This document shows positions 1-9,665 of a stretch of 24,000 nucleotides of DNA, piece by piece (the stretch's first letter is position 1; each line of letters begins with the position of its first letter). Under the pieces are notes generated by a model. It made no database searches. It had not been told where the DNA came from and saw nothing but the letters and a program-made list of their open reading frames with translations. This DNA is from Gammaproteobacteria bacterium (GTDB taxonomy: Bacteria; Pseudomonadota; Gammaproteobacteria; Enterobacterales; Psychrobiaceae). The stretch lies in contig JABSRU010000015.1 of the NCBI GenBank assembly GCA_013214965.1, positions 35,307-59,306 of the forward strand. Reading direction: 5' to 3'. A program made the translations under genes and the position numbers.

Positions 1-2702
1 GCACGGGTTTTTACAAAATCTGGCGCTAGATTATATTCTAAAATTTGGGCCAAAAATGCAAGTTTCGCACTCGGAGTTTCATATTTTAAGGCATCTCGCT
101 GGTTAACGGCATTGCGCATAAACTGTAATTCCTCATCGCTAATACCCTCGTTGGCGTATTGTTTAATCTCTTTAACAATCTCGATGATCGATTTATCGGT
201 AACATCACTTCTTACTTCAGCGCCTACGGTAAAAGTGCCTGAAAACTTATTGCCATTGAAATAAGAGCTGGCCCCGTAGGTATAGCCTTTGTCTTCACGT
301 AAATTAAGATTAATCCGGCTATTAAATGCACCACCTAAGGTGAAATTCATTAAGCCAGACTTATAATAATCGCCATTAATATCATGCTTTAGGGCGCGTT
401 TACCGATTCGAATAGCCGATTGTGCCGCTTGATCTTTATTGACTAAATAAATCACGCCTGCTTTAGTGGTTGGTGGAGCGAGTTTTAGCTCAAGCTGTGT
501 ACTTTTACCTTGCCAAGTATCGAGTATTTTTAATTCTTTAGTTAGCTGCTGTTGTGGCAAGTTTGAGACTAAAATGATTTGAGCATCGCTTGGCTTGACT
601 AGGTGTTGATAGAAATCTTTGACATCATCCAAGGTGATTGTTTTTAATGTTGTCTCATTACCACCGCCCGATGTCGCAGCAATATCGTCAGCATGTAATA
701 ACTGGCGATAAGCCGTTGAGGCTAAATACCCAGCATCTTTCTTACTGTTAATCGCGCCTTGAATTGCATTGGTTTTTAGCCGTGAGAACTCAGAGGCTAG
801 AAACGCTGGTTGTAATAATTTCTCTTTGACTAAGGCAAGAGTTTGCGGGAAGTTATTACTTAGGCTATTTATATCAATAAATAAATATTGATTTGACGCT
901 GAAAAACTAACGGAACTGCCAAGCTTTTGTAATTCATTACTCATCATTTCATTGCTACGAGTCGTGGTCGACTCATTTAGCATGCTCGCCAGTAATGAAG
1001 CGGTGCCAGCTTTGTTTTTTGACTCGTAATAGTGACCCGCCGGAATTTTTAATAACATTGAGGTGGTAGGTGTTTCTAAGCTTTGGCTGCCCAGTACATC
1101 AATACCATTAGCCAATTGCTGTTGCCACATTTGAGGGACTTGAATACTGTCAATATTACCTACTTTTGGCATCACGCTTCGATCAAAATTATCCGTGGCA
1201 CGGCGTATCAGTAGTTGTTGCGCTGACACTTGTTTGATGTTTGATAAGTCACGTTGTGGCGAGACAAAATTGTCTTTGGCAGCGATGGCGTTCAATTGCC
1301 CTTTTGGCACCACACTCATGATAACAGCCGCTTTGTTTTTTACATATTGGTTAAACACGCGAATAACGTCAGCTTTAGTAACGGTGGTGTAGCGTTTGAT
1401 GTCTTGTTCAATGTAATTTGGATTGCCAGTAAACGTTTCGTTGGCCGCAAGTTGACTCACTTTACCAGAAACACTTTGTAGCCCAAAAATAAAGCTACTT
1501 TCCATTCGTGCGCTAATTTTTATTAGGTCGTCATCTTGGACTCCACGTTGTTCAAATTCAACCAGTGCTTGACGCATACTTTGCTCAAGATCCGCTAAGG
1601 TTTTTCCTGAATCAGGATTTAAATAAGCACGGAAGCTTAAAGTACAGGCTAATTCTGCACAGGGGTGACCAACACCAGCATAGACAGCATCTTGAGTTTT
1701 AACCATGTTCTTGTACAAAATAGATGTTTTGCCACCCCCTAATATTTGAGCCAAGACATCTAATGGTGCTTCATCTGCATGACGAACATAAACCGTTGGC
1801 AATGTCATGGAAATCATCGGTAATTGAACGTTATCTTCTAATGAAATATAGCGATCTTGATCTAAAGTCACCATTGCCTTTTGTGGCATTGCTACAGCAG
1901 GTCCTTTAGGAATTGAGCCAAAATATTTTTTGACTAACGCTAATGTTTTGGCTGGTTCGATGTTACCACCAATGGTAATTGTGGCATTATTAGGACCATA
2001 CCAAGTTAAAAAGAAATCTTTTAAGTCATTAACATCAACGCGATTAAGATCATCCATAAAACCAATCACAGGCCATGAATAAGGGTGATTAACAGGATAA
2101 AGGGCAGCAGACACTAATTCATTAACGCGACCATAAGGACGATTATCAATCCGTTGTCCGCGCTCATTTTTAACCGTTTCACGTTGTACTTCGAATTTTT
2201 CCTGGGTAACACTGTCCACTAAAAAACCCATACGGTCGGACTCTAGCCACAGCATTTTTTCTAATTGGTTTACCGGTACTGTTTCAAAGTAATTGGTGCG
2301 ATCGGTATTGGTGGTGCCATTTAATGTCCCGCCAGCTTCAGTAATTATTTTAAAATGCTGTTCATCTGCAACATTGTCAGACCCTTGAAACATCATGTGT
2401 TCAAAGAAATGAGCGAAGCCAGACTTGCCAATGTCTTCACGGGCTGAACCCACATGATAGGTGATATCGACATGGACTAAAGGATCTGAATTATCTTGAT
2501 GTAATATCACCGTTAACCCATTATCTAACTGATATTTTTGATAAGGGATAACAATTTTTGAACTATCGTTTTTAACTTCTTCGATAAAATTGATGCCAGC
2601 GATGTTAGCAATTGTTGATGGCTGTGGGGCTATTGCTTGGTTAGTTGTTTGGTTACAAGCAGACAGTAAGCCGATCATCACGGGAATGGTCCATGTTTTC
2701 AA
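1..2702 (-). CDS. M16 (pitrilysin/insulinase) family zinc metallopeptidase, predicted lipoprotein; about 900 N-terminal codons, C-terminus beyond the left edge
   Basis: Absent from the ORF track because there is no stop in the window. My translation from TTG at 2702 (GGAGA at 2709-2713, 6-nt spacer) reads LKTWTIPVMIGLLSACNQ, with an LSAC lipobox. It continues to GKSGFAHFFEHMMFQGS, and the HxxEH zinc motif is encoded at 2397-2411. The frame is open in the parts I translated (about 2300-2702 and 1-60). The track lists no minus-strand ORF fragments anywhere in 1-2829, which fits one long open frame. Confidence 0.8.
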   Translation of the reverse strand, partial: MKTWTIPVMIGLLSACNQTTNQAIAPQPSTIANIAGINFIEEVKNDSSKIVIPYQKYQLDNGLTVILHQDNSDPLVHVDITYHVGSAREDIGKSGFAHFFEHMMFQGSDNVADEQHFKIITEAGGTLNGTTNTDRTNYFETVPVNQLEKMLWLESDRMGFLVDSVTQEKFEVQRETVKNERGQRIDNRPYGRVNELVSAALYPVNHPYSWPVIGFMDDLNRVDVNDLKDFFLTWYGPNNATITIGGNIEPAKTLALVKKYFGSIPKGPAVAMPQKAMVTLDQDRYISLEDNVQLPMISMTLPTVYVRHADEAPLDVLAQILGGGKTSILYKNMVKTQDAVYAGVGHPCAELACTLSFRAYLNPDSGKTLADLEQSMRQALVEFEQRGVQDDDLIKISARMESSFIFGLQSVSGKVSQLAANETFTGNPNYIEQDIKRYTTVTKADVIRVFNQYVKNKAAVIMSVVPKGQLNAIAAKDNFVSPQRDLSNIKQVSAQQLLIRRATDNFDRSVMPKVGNIDSIQVPQMWQQQLANGIDVLGSQSLETPTTSMLLKIPAGHYYESKNKAGTASLLASMLNESTTTRSNEMMSNELQKLGSSVSFSASNQYLFIDINSLSNNFPQTLALVKEKLLQPAFLASEFSRLKTNAIQGAINSKKDAGYLASTAYRQLLHADDIAATSGGGNETTLKTITLDDVKDFYQHLVKPSDAQIILVSNLPQQQLTKELKILDTWQGKSTQLELKLAPPTTKAGVIYLVNKDQAAQSAIRIGKRALKHDINGDYYKSGLMNFTLGGAFNSRINLNLREDKGYTYGASSYFNGNKFSGTFTVGAEVRSDVTDKSIIEIVKEIKQYANEGISDEELQFMRNAVNQRDALKYETPSAKLAFLAQILEYNLAPDFVKTR

Positions 2703-2794
2703 GGTGATTCTCCAGTATTTATATTGAGTAGCAGCTTACAGGATGTTGGTTAATAAATTAAGAAGTGAATTGTAATAATTAGTGTTTACAATGT

Positions 2795-2820
2795 GTAAAA
2801 AGCCAGCGAATTGCTGGCGC
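2795..2820 (-). terminator. Rho-independent terminator downstream of metC
   Basis: Stem GCCAGC (2802-2807) pairs with GCTGGC (2813-2818) around a 5-nt loop. On the minus strand it is followed by TTTTT (complement of the A-run at 2797-2801). It lies 10 nt after the metC stop codon. Confidence 0.75.
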
Positions 2821-2829
2821 TAAGTAGGA

Positions 2830-3993
2830 CTATTTTAATCGGTCTAAACCACGGCGCAGGTCATCAATTAAATCAGCAACATCTTCTAAACCTATATGCA
2901 CTCGAATCACTGGGCCCGCCGCTTGCCATGTAGTGGCGCTACGTAAATAATCTAAACCGTTAACTTGTAAGATCAGGCTTTCAAAGCCGCCCCATGAGAA
3001 GCCCATCTTAAAATGACTCATGCCATCAAGCAGCGCAGTGATCTGTTGTTCATTGCCACGATTTAAGACAAAGGAAAATAAACCATTGGAACCTTTAAAA
3101 TCGCGTTTAAAAAATTGATGTCCCGGGCAATCACTAAAAGCAGGGTGCAGTATTTTATCGACTTCCGGTTGCTCGCTTAGCCATTGTGCGACTTTGAGTG
3201 CGCTGGCTTGGTGCTGTTTGAGTCGAACACTTAAGGTACGTAACCCACGCATCGCTAAGTAAGCATCATCGGGAGATACACATTGACCCAGCAAATAACT
3301 GTGTTCACGTAATTGTGGCCAGTATTGTTCATTAGCTACTGCGGTGCCGATCATTGCATCGGAATGACCAACAATGTATTTTGTCGCTGCCTGAATTGAA
3401 ATGTCGACCCCAAAATCAAAAGGCTTAAAATTAACCCCTGCGCCCCATGTATTGTCAAGCATCACAATAATATCTGACTGATGCGCCACTTGAGCTAAGG
3501 TCGGGACATCTTGTACTTCCATCGTATTAGAGCCTGGCGATTCTAAAAACAACACCCGGGTATTCGGTTTAATTAACTCGCTGATACCAGCGCCAATCAT
3601 TGGATCGTAATAGGTTGTTTCAATACCTAAATTACGTAATATTTTATTGCAAAAGTCACGGGTTGGCTCATAAGCTGTATCGACCATTAATAAATGATCG
3701 CCAGTTTTTAAGAATGATAATAGCGCACCGGTTATTGCTGCTGTACCACAAGGGTAAAGCGCACAGCCAGCACCGCCTTCAATCTCGCTCATCGCTTCGC
3801 TAAATGCAAACGTAGTAGAAGTGCCTCGACGACCATAAAATAATGTTTTGTTCGCGCGATTGGCGATGGCATGTTTCATTTCACTGACACTGTCAAAAAC
3901 AATGGTTGAAGCCCGTTGTACGGGGGGATTAACTGCACCATGAGTCCATTCTTTTTTACGCCCAGCGCTAATTATTTTTGTGTCATGTTTCAT
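2830..3993 (-). CDS. metC: Cystathionine beta-lyase (PLP-dependent)
   Basis: The track protein aligns along its length with my memory of E. coli MetC, for example LFYGRRGT, YEPTRDFC, LESPGS.TMEV, SIQAATKY.VGHSDAMIGTAV and RLHIGLEDV.DLI.DL. The track start at 3996 is TTG; the adjacent ATG at 3993 with an upstream AAGG is the more likely start. Confidence 0.95.
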   Translation of the reverse strand: MKHDTKIISAGRKKEWTHGAVNPPVQRASTIVFDSVSEMKHAIANRANKTLFYGRRGTSTTFAFSEAMSEIEGGAGCALYPCGTAAITGALLSFLKTGDHLLMVDTAYEPTRDFCNKILRNLGIETTYYDPMIGAGISELIKPNTRVLFLESPGSNTMEVQDVPTLAQVAHQSDIIVMLDNTWGAGVNFKPFDFGVDISIQAATKYIVGHSDAMIGTAVANEQYWPQLREHSYLLGQCVSPDDAYLAMRGLRTLSVRLKQHQASALKVAQWLSEQPEVDKILHPAFSDCPGHQFFKRDFKGSNGLFSFVLNRGNEQQITALLDGMSHFKMGFSWGGFESLILQVNGLDYLRSATTWQAAGPVIRVHIGLEDVADLIDDLRRGLDRLK

Positions 3994-4009
3994 CAATGAT
4001 TGCCTTATG

Positions 4010-4025
4010 AGATGTCTAGATGTCT
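4010..4025 (-). promoter_or_regulatory. Two tandem MetJ-type met boxes in front of metC
   Basis: AGATGTCTAGATGTCT on the plus strand reads AGACATCT AGACATCT on the metC strand. Each 8-mer matches the MetJ box consensus AGACGTCT at 7 of 8 positions, and the two are exactly tandem. They lie 17-32 nt upstream of the metC ATG. A weaker copy in 8-bp register (AGATATTA) sits at 4034-4041. Confidence 0.7.
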
Positions 4026-4147
4026 ATTAAACGAGATATTAGGTTGTTTTGCACCTGTTTTTTACTGATTGGTAGATGTAAATGATCTAATAAATAATTT
4101 ATGCTAGCATCGCGCGGATATTCCATGTCACTTCGTTAGAGATAATT

Positions 4148-4912
4148 ATGCCGACCCAACAATTATTAGCGCCCATTTTAAGTTTCCTACAATGCGAAAC
4201 GCCTGATGCTTGGATTAATGAGGCCAAAAAACCAGAAAATTTACCGATTATTTTACGGGACCATTTAGCCTGTGAGCTCAAGGCTGGGCAGACCGCAATG
4301 CATATGGTGCGAAAATATGCGGCGGATAAAGCCAGTGGACAAATATTAGCCCAATGGTTTCAACCTTTTGAAGCGTATTTATATCGCCAAGAGGGCGACT
4401 TAAAGTCATTGGCTCAATCGAACAAAATTTCTAAATCCTTAGTGCCAAAAAATGATTCTGAATTTTGCCGCGAGTTAATCGATAAAATGGTTTTGCTGAT
4501 CAAAGAAGAGTTGCATCATTTTTATCAGGTATTAGAAATCATGGAAGGGCGCAACATTCCTTTTGAAAATAGTAGTGCTGGTCGTTATGCCAAAGGCATG
4601 ATGAAACATGTGACAACGCATGAGCCCAATACATTAATTGATAAGTTGATTATTGGTGCCTATATTGAAGCACGCTCGTGTGAGCGCTTTGCTAAATTAG
4701 CACCATATTTAGCCGATGATCTTAACAAGTTCTATGTCTCGTTATTGCGTTCTGAAGCGCGCCATTATCAGGATTATTTAGCGTTAGCCCAACAAATAGC
4801 GGGTCAAGATATCAGTGAACGTGTTGCATATTTTGGTAAAGTAGAGGCTGAACTGATCATGACACCAGACCAAGATTTTAAGTTTCACAGTGGCGTGCCA
4901 AATTTAGTTTAA
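4148..4912 (+). CDS. miaE: tRNA-(ms2io6A37)-hydroxylase MiaE (non-heme di-iron, ferritin-like)
   Basis: The N-terminus LLAPILSFLQCETPDAWINEAKKPENLPIILRDHLACELKAGQTA matches the MiaE family as I recall it from Salmonella. Two E..H-type iron-ligand helices are present (KEELHHF and LRSEARHYQDY). Confidence 0.85.
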   Translation: MPTQQLLAPILSFLQCETPDAWINEAKKPENLPIILRDHLACELKAGQTAMHMVRKYAADKASGQILAQWFQPFEAYLYRQEGDLKSLAQSNKISKSLVPKNDSEFCRELIDKMVLLIKEELHHFYQVLEIMEGRNIPFENSSAGRYAKGMMKHVTTHEPNTLIDKLIIGAYIEARSCERFAKLAPYLADDLNKFYVSLLRSEARHYQDYLALAQQIAGQDISERVAYFGKVEAELIMTPDQDFKFHSGVPNLV

Positions 4913-4922
4913 TATTGAGTCA

Positions 4923-4952
4923 TTGATTTTCATTGCTTTATTATCATATAAT
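4923..4952 (+). promoter_or_regulatory. Candidate sigma70 promoter for the HDOD gene
   Basis: -35 TTGATT (4923-4928), an 18-bp spacer and a perfect -10 TATAAT (4947-4952), 32 nt upstream of the ATG at 4984. Pattern match only. Confidence 0.35.
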
Positions 4953-4983
4953 TGATTTTTTATGTAGAAATTAGTGAAGTGTT

Positions 4984-5865
4984 ATGGGTTTTAACAACTT
5001 AATCGAAGATTTGATCAGTTTACCATCGCTGCCACAGGCTTATCATCGTTGTTGTCAGTTGTTAGAGCAAGAGAATACCGATTCGAAAGCGCTTGCCGAT
5101 GTCGTCGCCGTTGAACCAGCGATGACGATTAGCGTGTTAAAGTTAGTCAATAGCGCCTTTTATAATATCCCACGATCCATTGATCGCATTGATCATGCCA
5201 TTTCAATTCTTGGTCACCAAGACTTTAAACAACTTATTTTAACGGCATCGGTGGTTAAAGTGGTCGATAGCCTGGCCCATGGTGAGGTCGCAATTGATGT
5301 TTTTTGGCGGCATAGTATTTTAACGGCACTAATCGCTCGACGTTTGGCTTTACATGCTTATATTACCAATTGCGAACGGTTATTTATTACGGGATTATTA
5401 CATGATGTCGGACAGCTGATTTATTTTGATCTTAAACCGAAAAAAGCGCTTGAAGTCTGTGCATTAATTAATAAATATCATATTAATGTTAATGTCGCGG
5501 AAGATAAAATCTTGGGTTTTGAGCATCAGAATTTAGGCAGTAAGCTATGTCAGCATTGGCAACTCCCTGCCTGGTTAGATCAAACCATTGCCCACCAATA
5601 TAAGCCAAGTGAAGCAGGGGAGTTTGAATTAGAAGCATCGATTATTTATCTCGCTAGTATAATGGCTAGTGAATATTATCCGGGGTTAACGGATCAGGAA
5701 ACAGAGTTTGATGAGCTTGGTGACTCAAGGATGATCGCTCAAGCTTGGAATAAACTCAATATTAATGACAGCATTGCCAAAGAAGCACTTGATGAAGCAT
5801 TAGAAGAACTTGAAGGGGTGCTTGAAAGTATCACCCCGACTGTTAAGTTACCTCAAACAAATTAA
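4984..5865 (+). CDS. Stand-alone HDOD-domain signalling protein
   Basis: Typical HDOD features: LPSLPQ near the N-terminus, VLKLVNSAFY, ILG, FW.HS and a degenerate HD motif GLLHDVGQL. No other domain is evident. Confidence 0.85.
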   Translation: MGFNNLIEDLISLPSLPQAYHRCCQLLEQENTDSKALADVVAVEPAMTISVLKLVNSAFYNIPRSIDRIDHAISILGHQDFKQLILTASVVKVVDSLAHGEVAIDVFWRHSILTALIARRLALHAYITNCERLFITGLLHDVGQLIYFDLKPKKALEVCALINKYHINVNVAEDKILGFEHQNLGSKLCQHWQLPAWLDQTIAHQYKPSEAGEFELEASIIYLASIMASEYYPGLTDQETEFDELGDSRMIAQAWNKLNINDSIAKEALDEALEELEGVLESITPTVKLPQTN

Positions 5866-7031
5866 AGGGCGGGGATCCTAACCCAGCCTTCCATTAATAC
5901 CCGAGCACTACGGCTCATGATGGCTTTGGTGACTGTCCACTGATGGTTTTCCAGAATGGCTTGGGCACCGACTTTTAATGTACCCGAAGGGTGACCAAAA
6001 CAAACGGAACTGCGAGCGCCGCCACCGGCCGCTAAGTTAACTAAGGTGCCAGGCACGGCTGCTGCTGTACCAATGGCTACTGCCGCAGTTCCCATCATTG
6101 CATGATGTAATTTCCCCATAGATAACGCGCGAACATTTAGATCGATATCGTTACTAGTAATGGCTTTACCACTGGAAGATGCATAGTTAGCAGCTGGACT
6201 TACGAACGCAATTTTCGGGGTATGTTGTCGAGTTGCTGCTTGATCTATCTGGTCGATTAGTCCCATTTTAACCGCGCCATAGGCACGAATAGTTTCAAAT
6301 CGGGCGAGGGCTTGCTCATCGCCATTAATTGCTTCTTGTAATTCAGTGCCTTGATAACCAATATCGACAGCATTAACAAAAATAGTCGGGATCCCGGCAT
6401 TAATCATCGTGGCCTGAAAGCTGCCAACGCCAGGAACATTGAGGGTGTCGATTAAATTCCCGGTGGGAAACATCGTGCCGCCAGCTCCCGGGTTAATAAA
6501 TTGCACTTCAACTTCCGCTGCGGGAAAAGTCACGCCATCGAGTTCAAAATCACCGGTTTCTTGTACTTGACCATTGGTGATAGGAACTTGAGCAATAATG
6601 GTCTTTTCGATATTCGCTTGCCAAATCCTAATGGTTGCAATGCCATTGTCAGGGACGTTTTTAGAGTCAACTAAGCCATTGCTAATGGCAAAGGAGCCAA
6701 CTGCGGCGGATAAATTTCCACAATTACCGCTCCAGTCGACAAAAGGTTTATCGATGGCCACTTGGCCGAATAAATAGTCGACATCGTGATCATCTTTAGT
6801 GCTTTTAGCGACAATCACCGTTTTACTGGTGCTGGAAGTGGCCCCGCCCATGCCGTCGGTTTGTTTGCCGTAGGGATCGGGGCTACCGATCACTCGTAGC
6901 AATAATGCATCACGGATTGGTCCTGCAATTTGTGCGGCAAGTGGTAAATCAGCAAGGTTAAAGAACACTCCTTTACTGGTGCCGCCACGCATATAAGTGG
7001 CGGCGATTTTTATTTGTGGCTGATGAGTCAT
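5862..7031 (-). CDS. prpF: 2-methylaconitate cis-trans isomerase PrpF
   Basis: The N-terminus IKIAATYMRGGTSKGVFF and the length (389 aa) are characteristic of PrpF. It lies immediately downstream of acnD (15-nt gap, GAAGGGA ribosome-binding site). Confidence 0.9.
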   Translation of the reverse strand: MTHQPQIKIAATYMRGGTSKGVFFNLADLPLAAQIAGPIRDALLLRVIGSPDPYGKQTDGMGGATSSTSKTVIVAKSTKDDHDVDYLFGQVAIDKPFVDWSGNCGNLSAAVGSFAISNGLVDSKNVPDNGIATIRIWQANIEKTIIAQVPITNGQVQETGDFELDGVTFPAAEVEVQFINPGAGGTMFPTGNLIDTLNVPGVGSFQATMINAGIPTIFVNAVDIGYQGTELQEAINGDEQALARFETIRAYGAVKMGLIDQIDQAATRQHTPKIAFVSPAANYASSSGKAITSNDIDLNVRALSMGKLHHAMMGTAAVAIGTAAAVPGTLVNLAAGGGARSSVCFGHPSGTLKVGAQAILENHQWTVTKAIMSRSARVLMEGWVRIPAL

Positions 7032-7046
7032 TAATTCTGTCCCTTC

Positions 7047-9638
7047 CTATGTATTAGCTTCTAAAAAATCTTGAGCAAAGCGTTGTAATACACCACCCGC
7101 TTGATAAATAGATACTTCTTCAGCGGTATCGAGACGACAAACTACCGGGACTTCTATCGATTCACCATTGAGGCGGTTAATCACCAAGATTAAATCAGCC
7201 CGTGGTGCCGCTTGGCCAATCACATCGAAGGTTTCGCTGCCGTCTATAGCATAGGTGTGGCGGTTTTCACCGGATTTGAATTCCAATGGCATCACGCCCA
7301 TACCGACTAGGTTGGTACGGTGAATACGTTCAAAACCTTCAGCAACAATCGCTTCAACGCCCGCTAAACGAACACCTTTGGCCGCCCAATCTCGAGATGA
7401 ACCTTGACCGTAATCGGCTCCTGCTACGATAATTAGCGGTTGTTTACGATCCATATAAATCTCGATTGCTTCCCACATCCGAGATTCTTTGCCTTCGGGT
7501 TCAATCCGTGCAAATGAACCTTGCTTAATCTCACCATTATCTTGTCTAACCATTTCGTTCAACAACTTAGGATTAGCAAAAGTGGCGCGCTGTGCCGTGA
7601 GGTGATCGCCGCGATGGGTCGCGTAGGAATTGAAATCGACTTCGGGTAAACCCATTTTATCGAGGTAAGCACCGGCCGCACTATCGAGCTGAATCGCATT
7701 GGATGGCGACAAGTGATCAGTGGTGATGTTATCGCCTAGTACAGCAAGCGGTCGCATGCCTTTCATGGTGCGTTCACCAGCGAGCGCGCCTTCCCAATAA
7801 GGTGGACGACGAATATAGGTACTTTGTGGACGCCATTTATATAATGGATCATTGTCTTCGCCATAATCAACGGTTAAGTCGAACATCGGCTCATAAACAC
7901 TGCGGAAGTGTTCTGGCTTAACGCTGGTGGCAATCACTTGATCAATTTCATCATCGCTTGGCCAAATGTCTTTAAGTGTGACTGGCTTGCCATCATGATC
8001 GATGCCTAACACGTCATTTTCGATATCGAAACGAATGGTGCCAGCTATCGCATAGGCGATGACTAATGGCGGTGAGGCTAAAAAGGCTTGTTCGGCATGG
8101 GGATGAATTCGACCATCAAAATTACGATTACCCGATAATACGGCAGTGGTGTATAAATCCCGGTCAATAATTTCTTGTTTAATCGCCGGATCTAATGCGC
8201 CACTCATGCCATTACATGAGGTACAAGCAAAGGCAACGATACCAAAACCCAGTTGCTCTAATTCAGATAATAACTTAGCTTCTTCTAAATATAACTGCAC
8301 GGTTTTAGAACCCGGAGCTAGTGAGGTCTTGACCCAAGGCTTACGGGTTAGCCCTTTAGCATTAGCGTTACGGGCCAATAATCCGGCCGCAATCATATTG
8401 CGTGGGTTACTGGTGTTGGTACAGCTGGTGATTGCACCAATGATCACCGCACCATCGGGCATTTTCCCTGGTTCGTTTTCAACTTTACCGCTGATCCCGC
8501 GCTTGGCTAAATCCGTGGTTGCCACTCGATTATGCGGATTAGACGGCCCGGCAATGTTACGCACCACGGTTGATAAATCAAAAGTGATGACACGTTCGTA
8601 TTGAGCGGTGACTAAATCATCGCCCCATAAACCGGTATGTTTGGCGTAGGTTTCAACCAATTTAATTTGTTCATCATCACGACCTGTGAGTTTGAGATAA
8701 TCAATGGTCTTTTGATCGATATAAAACATTGCTGCAGTCGCGCCAAATTCTGGCGTCATATTGGCAATGGTCGCGCGATCCCCAAGGTTAAGCTGCATCG
8801 TGCCTTCACCAAAGAATTCAAGATAGCTTGAGACCACTTTTTGTGCCCGTAAAAATTCTGTTAATGCTAATACAATATCGGTTGCGGTGATCCCACTGTG
8901 GCGCTGGCCAATAATTTCAACCCCAATAATATCCGGTAATCTCATGTAGGAAGCGCGACCAAGCATCACACTTTCTGCTTCGAGGCCACCAACACCTAAG
9001 GCGATGACGCCTAATGCATCAACCATTGGCGTGTGGCTGTCTGTGCCCACTAAGGTATCAGGAAAGGCGACGCCATCACGAGATTGAATCACAGGAGACA
9101 TTCGTTCGAGATTAATTTGGTGTAAAATACCATTGCCAGAGGGAATAACATCAATATTTTTAAAGGCGGTTTTCGTCCAGTTGATAAAATGAAAACGGTC
9201 TTCGTTACGACGATCTTCAATCGCCCGGTTTTTGGCAAAAGCGTCTTCTTCAAAGCCGCCGAATTCAACCGCTAACGAATGGTCGATCACGAGCTGCGTC
9301 GGAACGACCGGATTAACTTTGGCTGGATCACCGCCTTTTTCTGCAATCGCATCGCGTAAGCCGGCTAAATCAACTAATGCTGTTTGGCCTAAAATATCAT
9401 GACAAACCACCCGGGCAGGGTACCAAGGGAAATCAAGATCTTGTTTACGTTCAATTAATTGTTTTAATGAGTCGACTAAGCTCGCTGGATCACACCGGCG
9501 AACTAAATTTTCAGCCAGCACCCGTGAGGTATAGGGTAATTTTTCATAGGCGCCAGGACTAATTTCATTGACGGCGGCACGGGTATCGAAATAATCGAGT
9601 TGGGTACCAGGTAAGCGTTTTCGATGTGTTGTATTCAT
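7047..9638 (-). CDS. acnD: Fe/S-dependent 2-methylisocitrate dehydratase AcnD (aconitase family)
   Basis: Aconitase-family protein of about 863 aa with Fe-S ligand regions (TDSHT and CTSCNG), located between prpC and prpF. The track start at 9650 is GTG. I prefer the ATG at 9638 (MNTTHRKRLPGTQLDYFD) because AcnD orthologues I recall begin this way. Confidence 0.93.
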   Translation of the reverse strand: MNTTHRKRLPGTQLDYFDTRAAVNEISPGAYEKLPYTSRVLAENLVRRCDPASLVDSLKQLIERKQDLDFPWYPARVVCHDILGQTALVDLAGLRDAIAEKGGDPAKVNPVVPTQLVIDHSLAVEFGGFEEDAFAKNRAIEDRRNEDRFHFINWTKTAFKNIDVIPSGNGILHQINLERMSPVIQSRDGVAFPDTLVGTDSHTPMVDALGVIALGVGGLEAESVMLGRASYMRLPDIIGVEIIGQRHSGITATDIVLALTEFLRAQKVVSSYLEFFGEGTMQLNLGDRATIANMTPEFGATAAMFYIDQKTIDYLKLTGRDDEQIKLVETYAKHTGLWGDDLVTAQYERVITFDLSTVVRNIAGPSNPHNRVATTDLAKRGISGKVENEPGKMPDGAVIIGAITSCTNTSNPRNMIAAGLLARNANAKGLTRKPWVKTSLAPGSKTVQLYLEEAKLLSELEQLGFGIVAFACTSCNGMSGALDPAIKQEIIDRDLYTTAVLSGNRNFDGRIHPHAEQAFLASPPLVIAYAIAGTIRFDIENDVLGIDHDGKPVTLKDIWPSDDEIDQVIATSVKPEHFRSVYEPMFDLTVDYGEDNDPLYKWRPQSTYIRRPPYWEGALAGERTMKGMRPLAVLGDNITTDHLSPSNAIQLDSAAGAYLDKMGLPEVDFNSYATHRGDHLTAQRATFANPKLLNEMVRQDNGEIKQGSFARIEPEGKESRMWEAIEIYMDRKQPLIIVAGADYGQGSSRDWAAKGVRLAGVEAIVAEGFERIHRTNLVGMGVMPLEFKSGENRHTYAIDGSETFDVIGQAAPRADLILVINRLNGESIEVPVVCRLDTAEEVSIYQAGGVLQRFAQDFLEANT

Positions 9639-9665
9639 AGCGGGTTCCACGGATCTCTTAACAGG

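Noticed and set aside
1195-1909. Three plus-strand track ORFs (65, 75 and 61 aa)
   Set aside because: They lie antisense inside the long M16 peptidase reading frame. They have no ribosome-binding sites and a low-complexity, odd composition, so they are chance ORFs.
4101-4139. 12-codon upstream ORF just before miaE
   Set aside because: There is no ribosome-binding site, and no known leader-peptide logic exists for miaE. It is most likely a chance ORF.
3600-4281. Track ORFs 3600-3803 (+) and 4099-4281 (-)
   Set aside because: The first is antisense within metC. The second spans the intergenic region antisense to the miaE start. Neither has translation signals.
8146-8604. 152-aa plus-strand ORF, plus smaller ones at 8637-8831 and 9377-9562
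   Set aside because: They lie entirely antisense to acnD, whose aconitase-family identity is unambiguous. This is a typical shadow ORF with no start-site signals.
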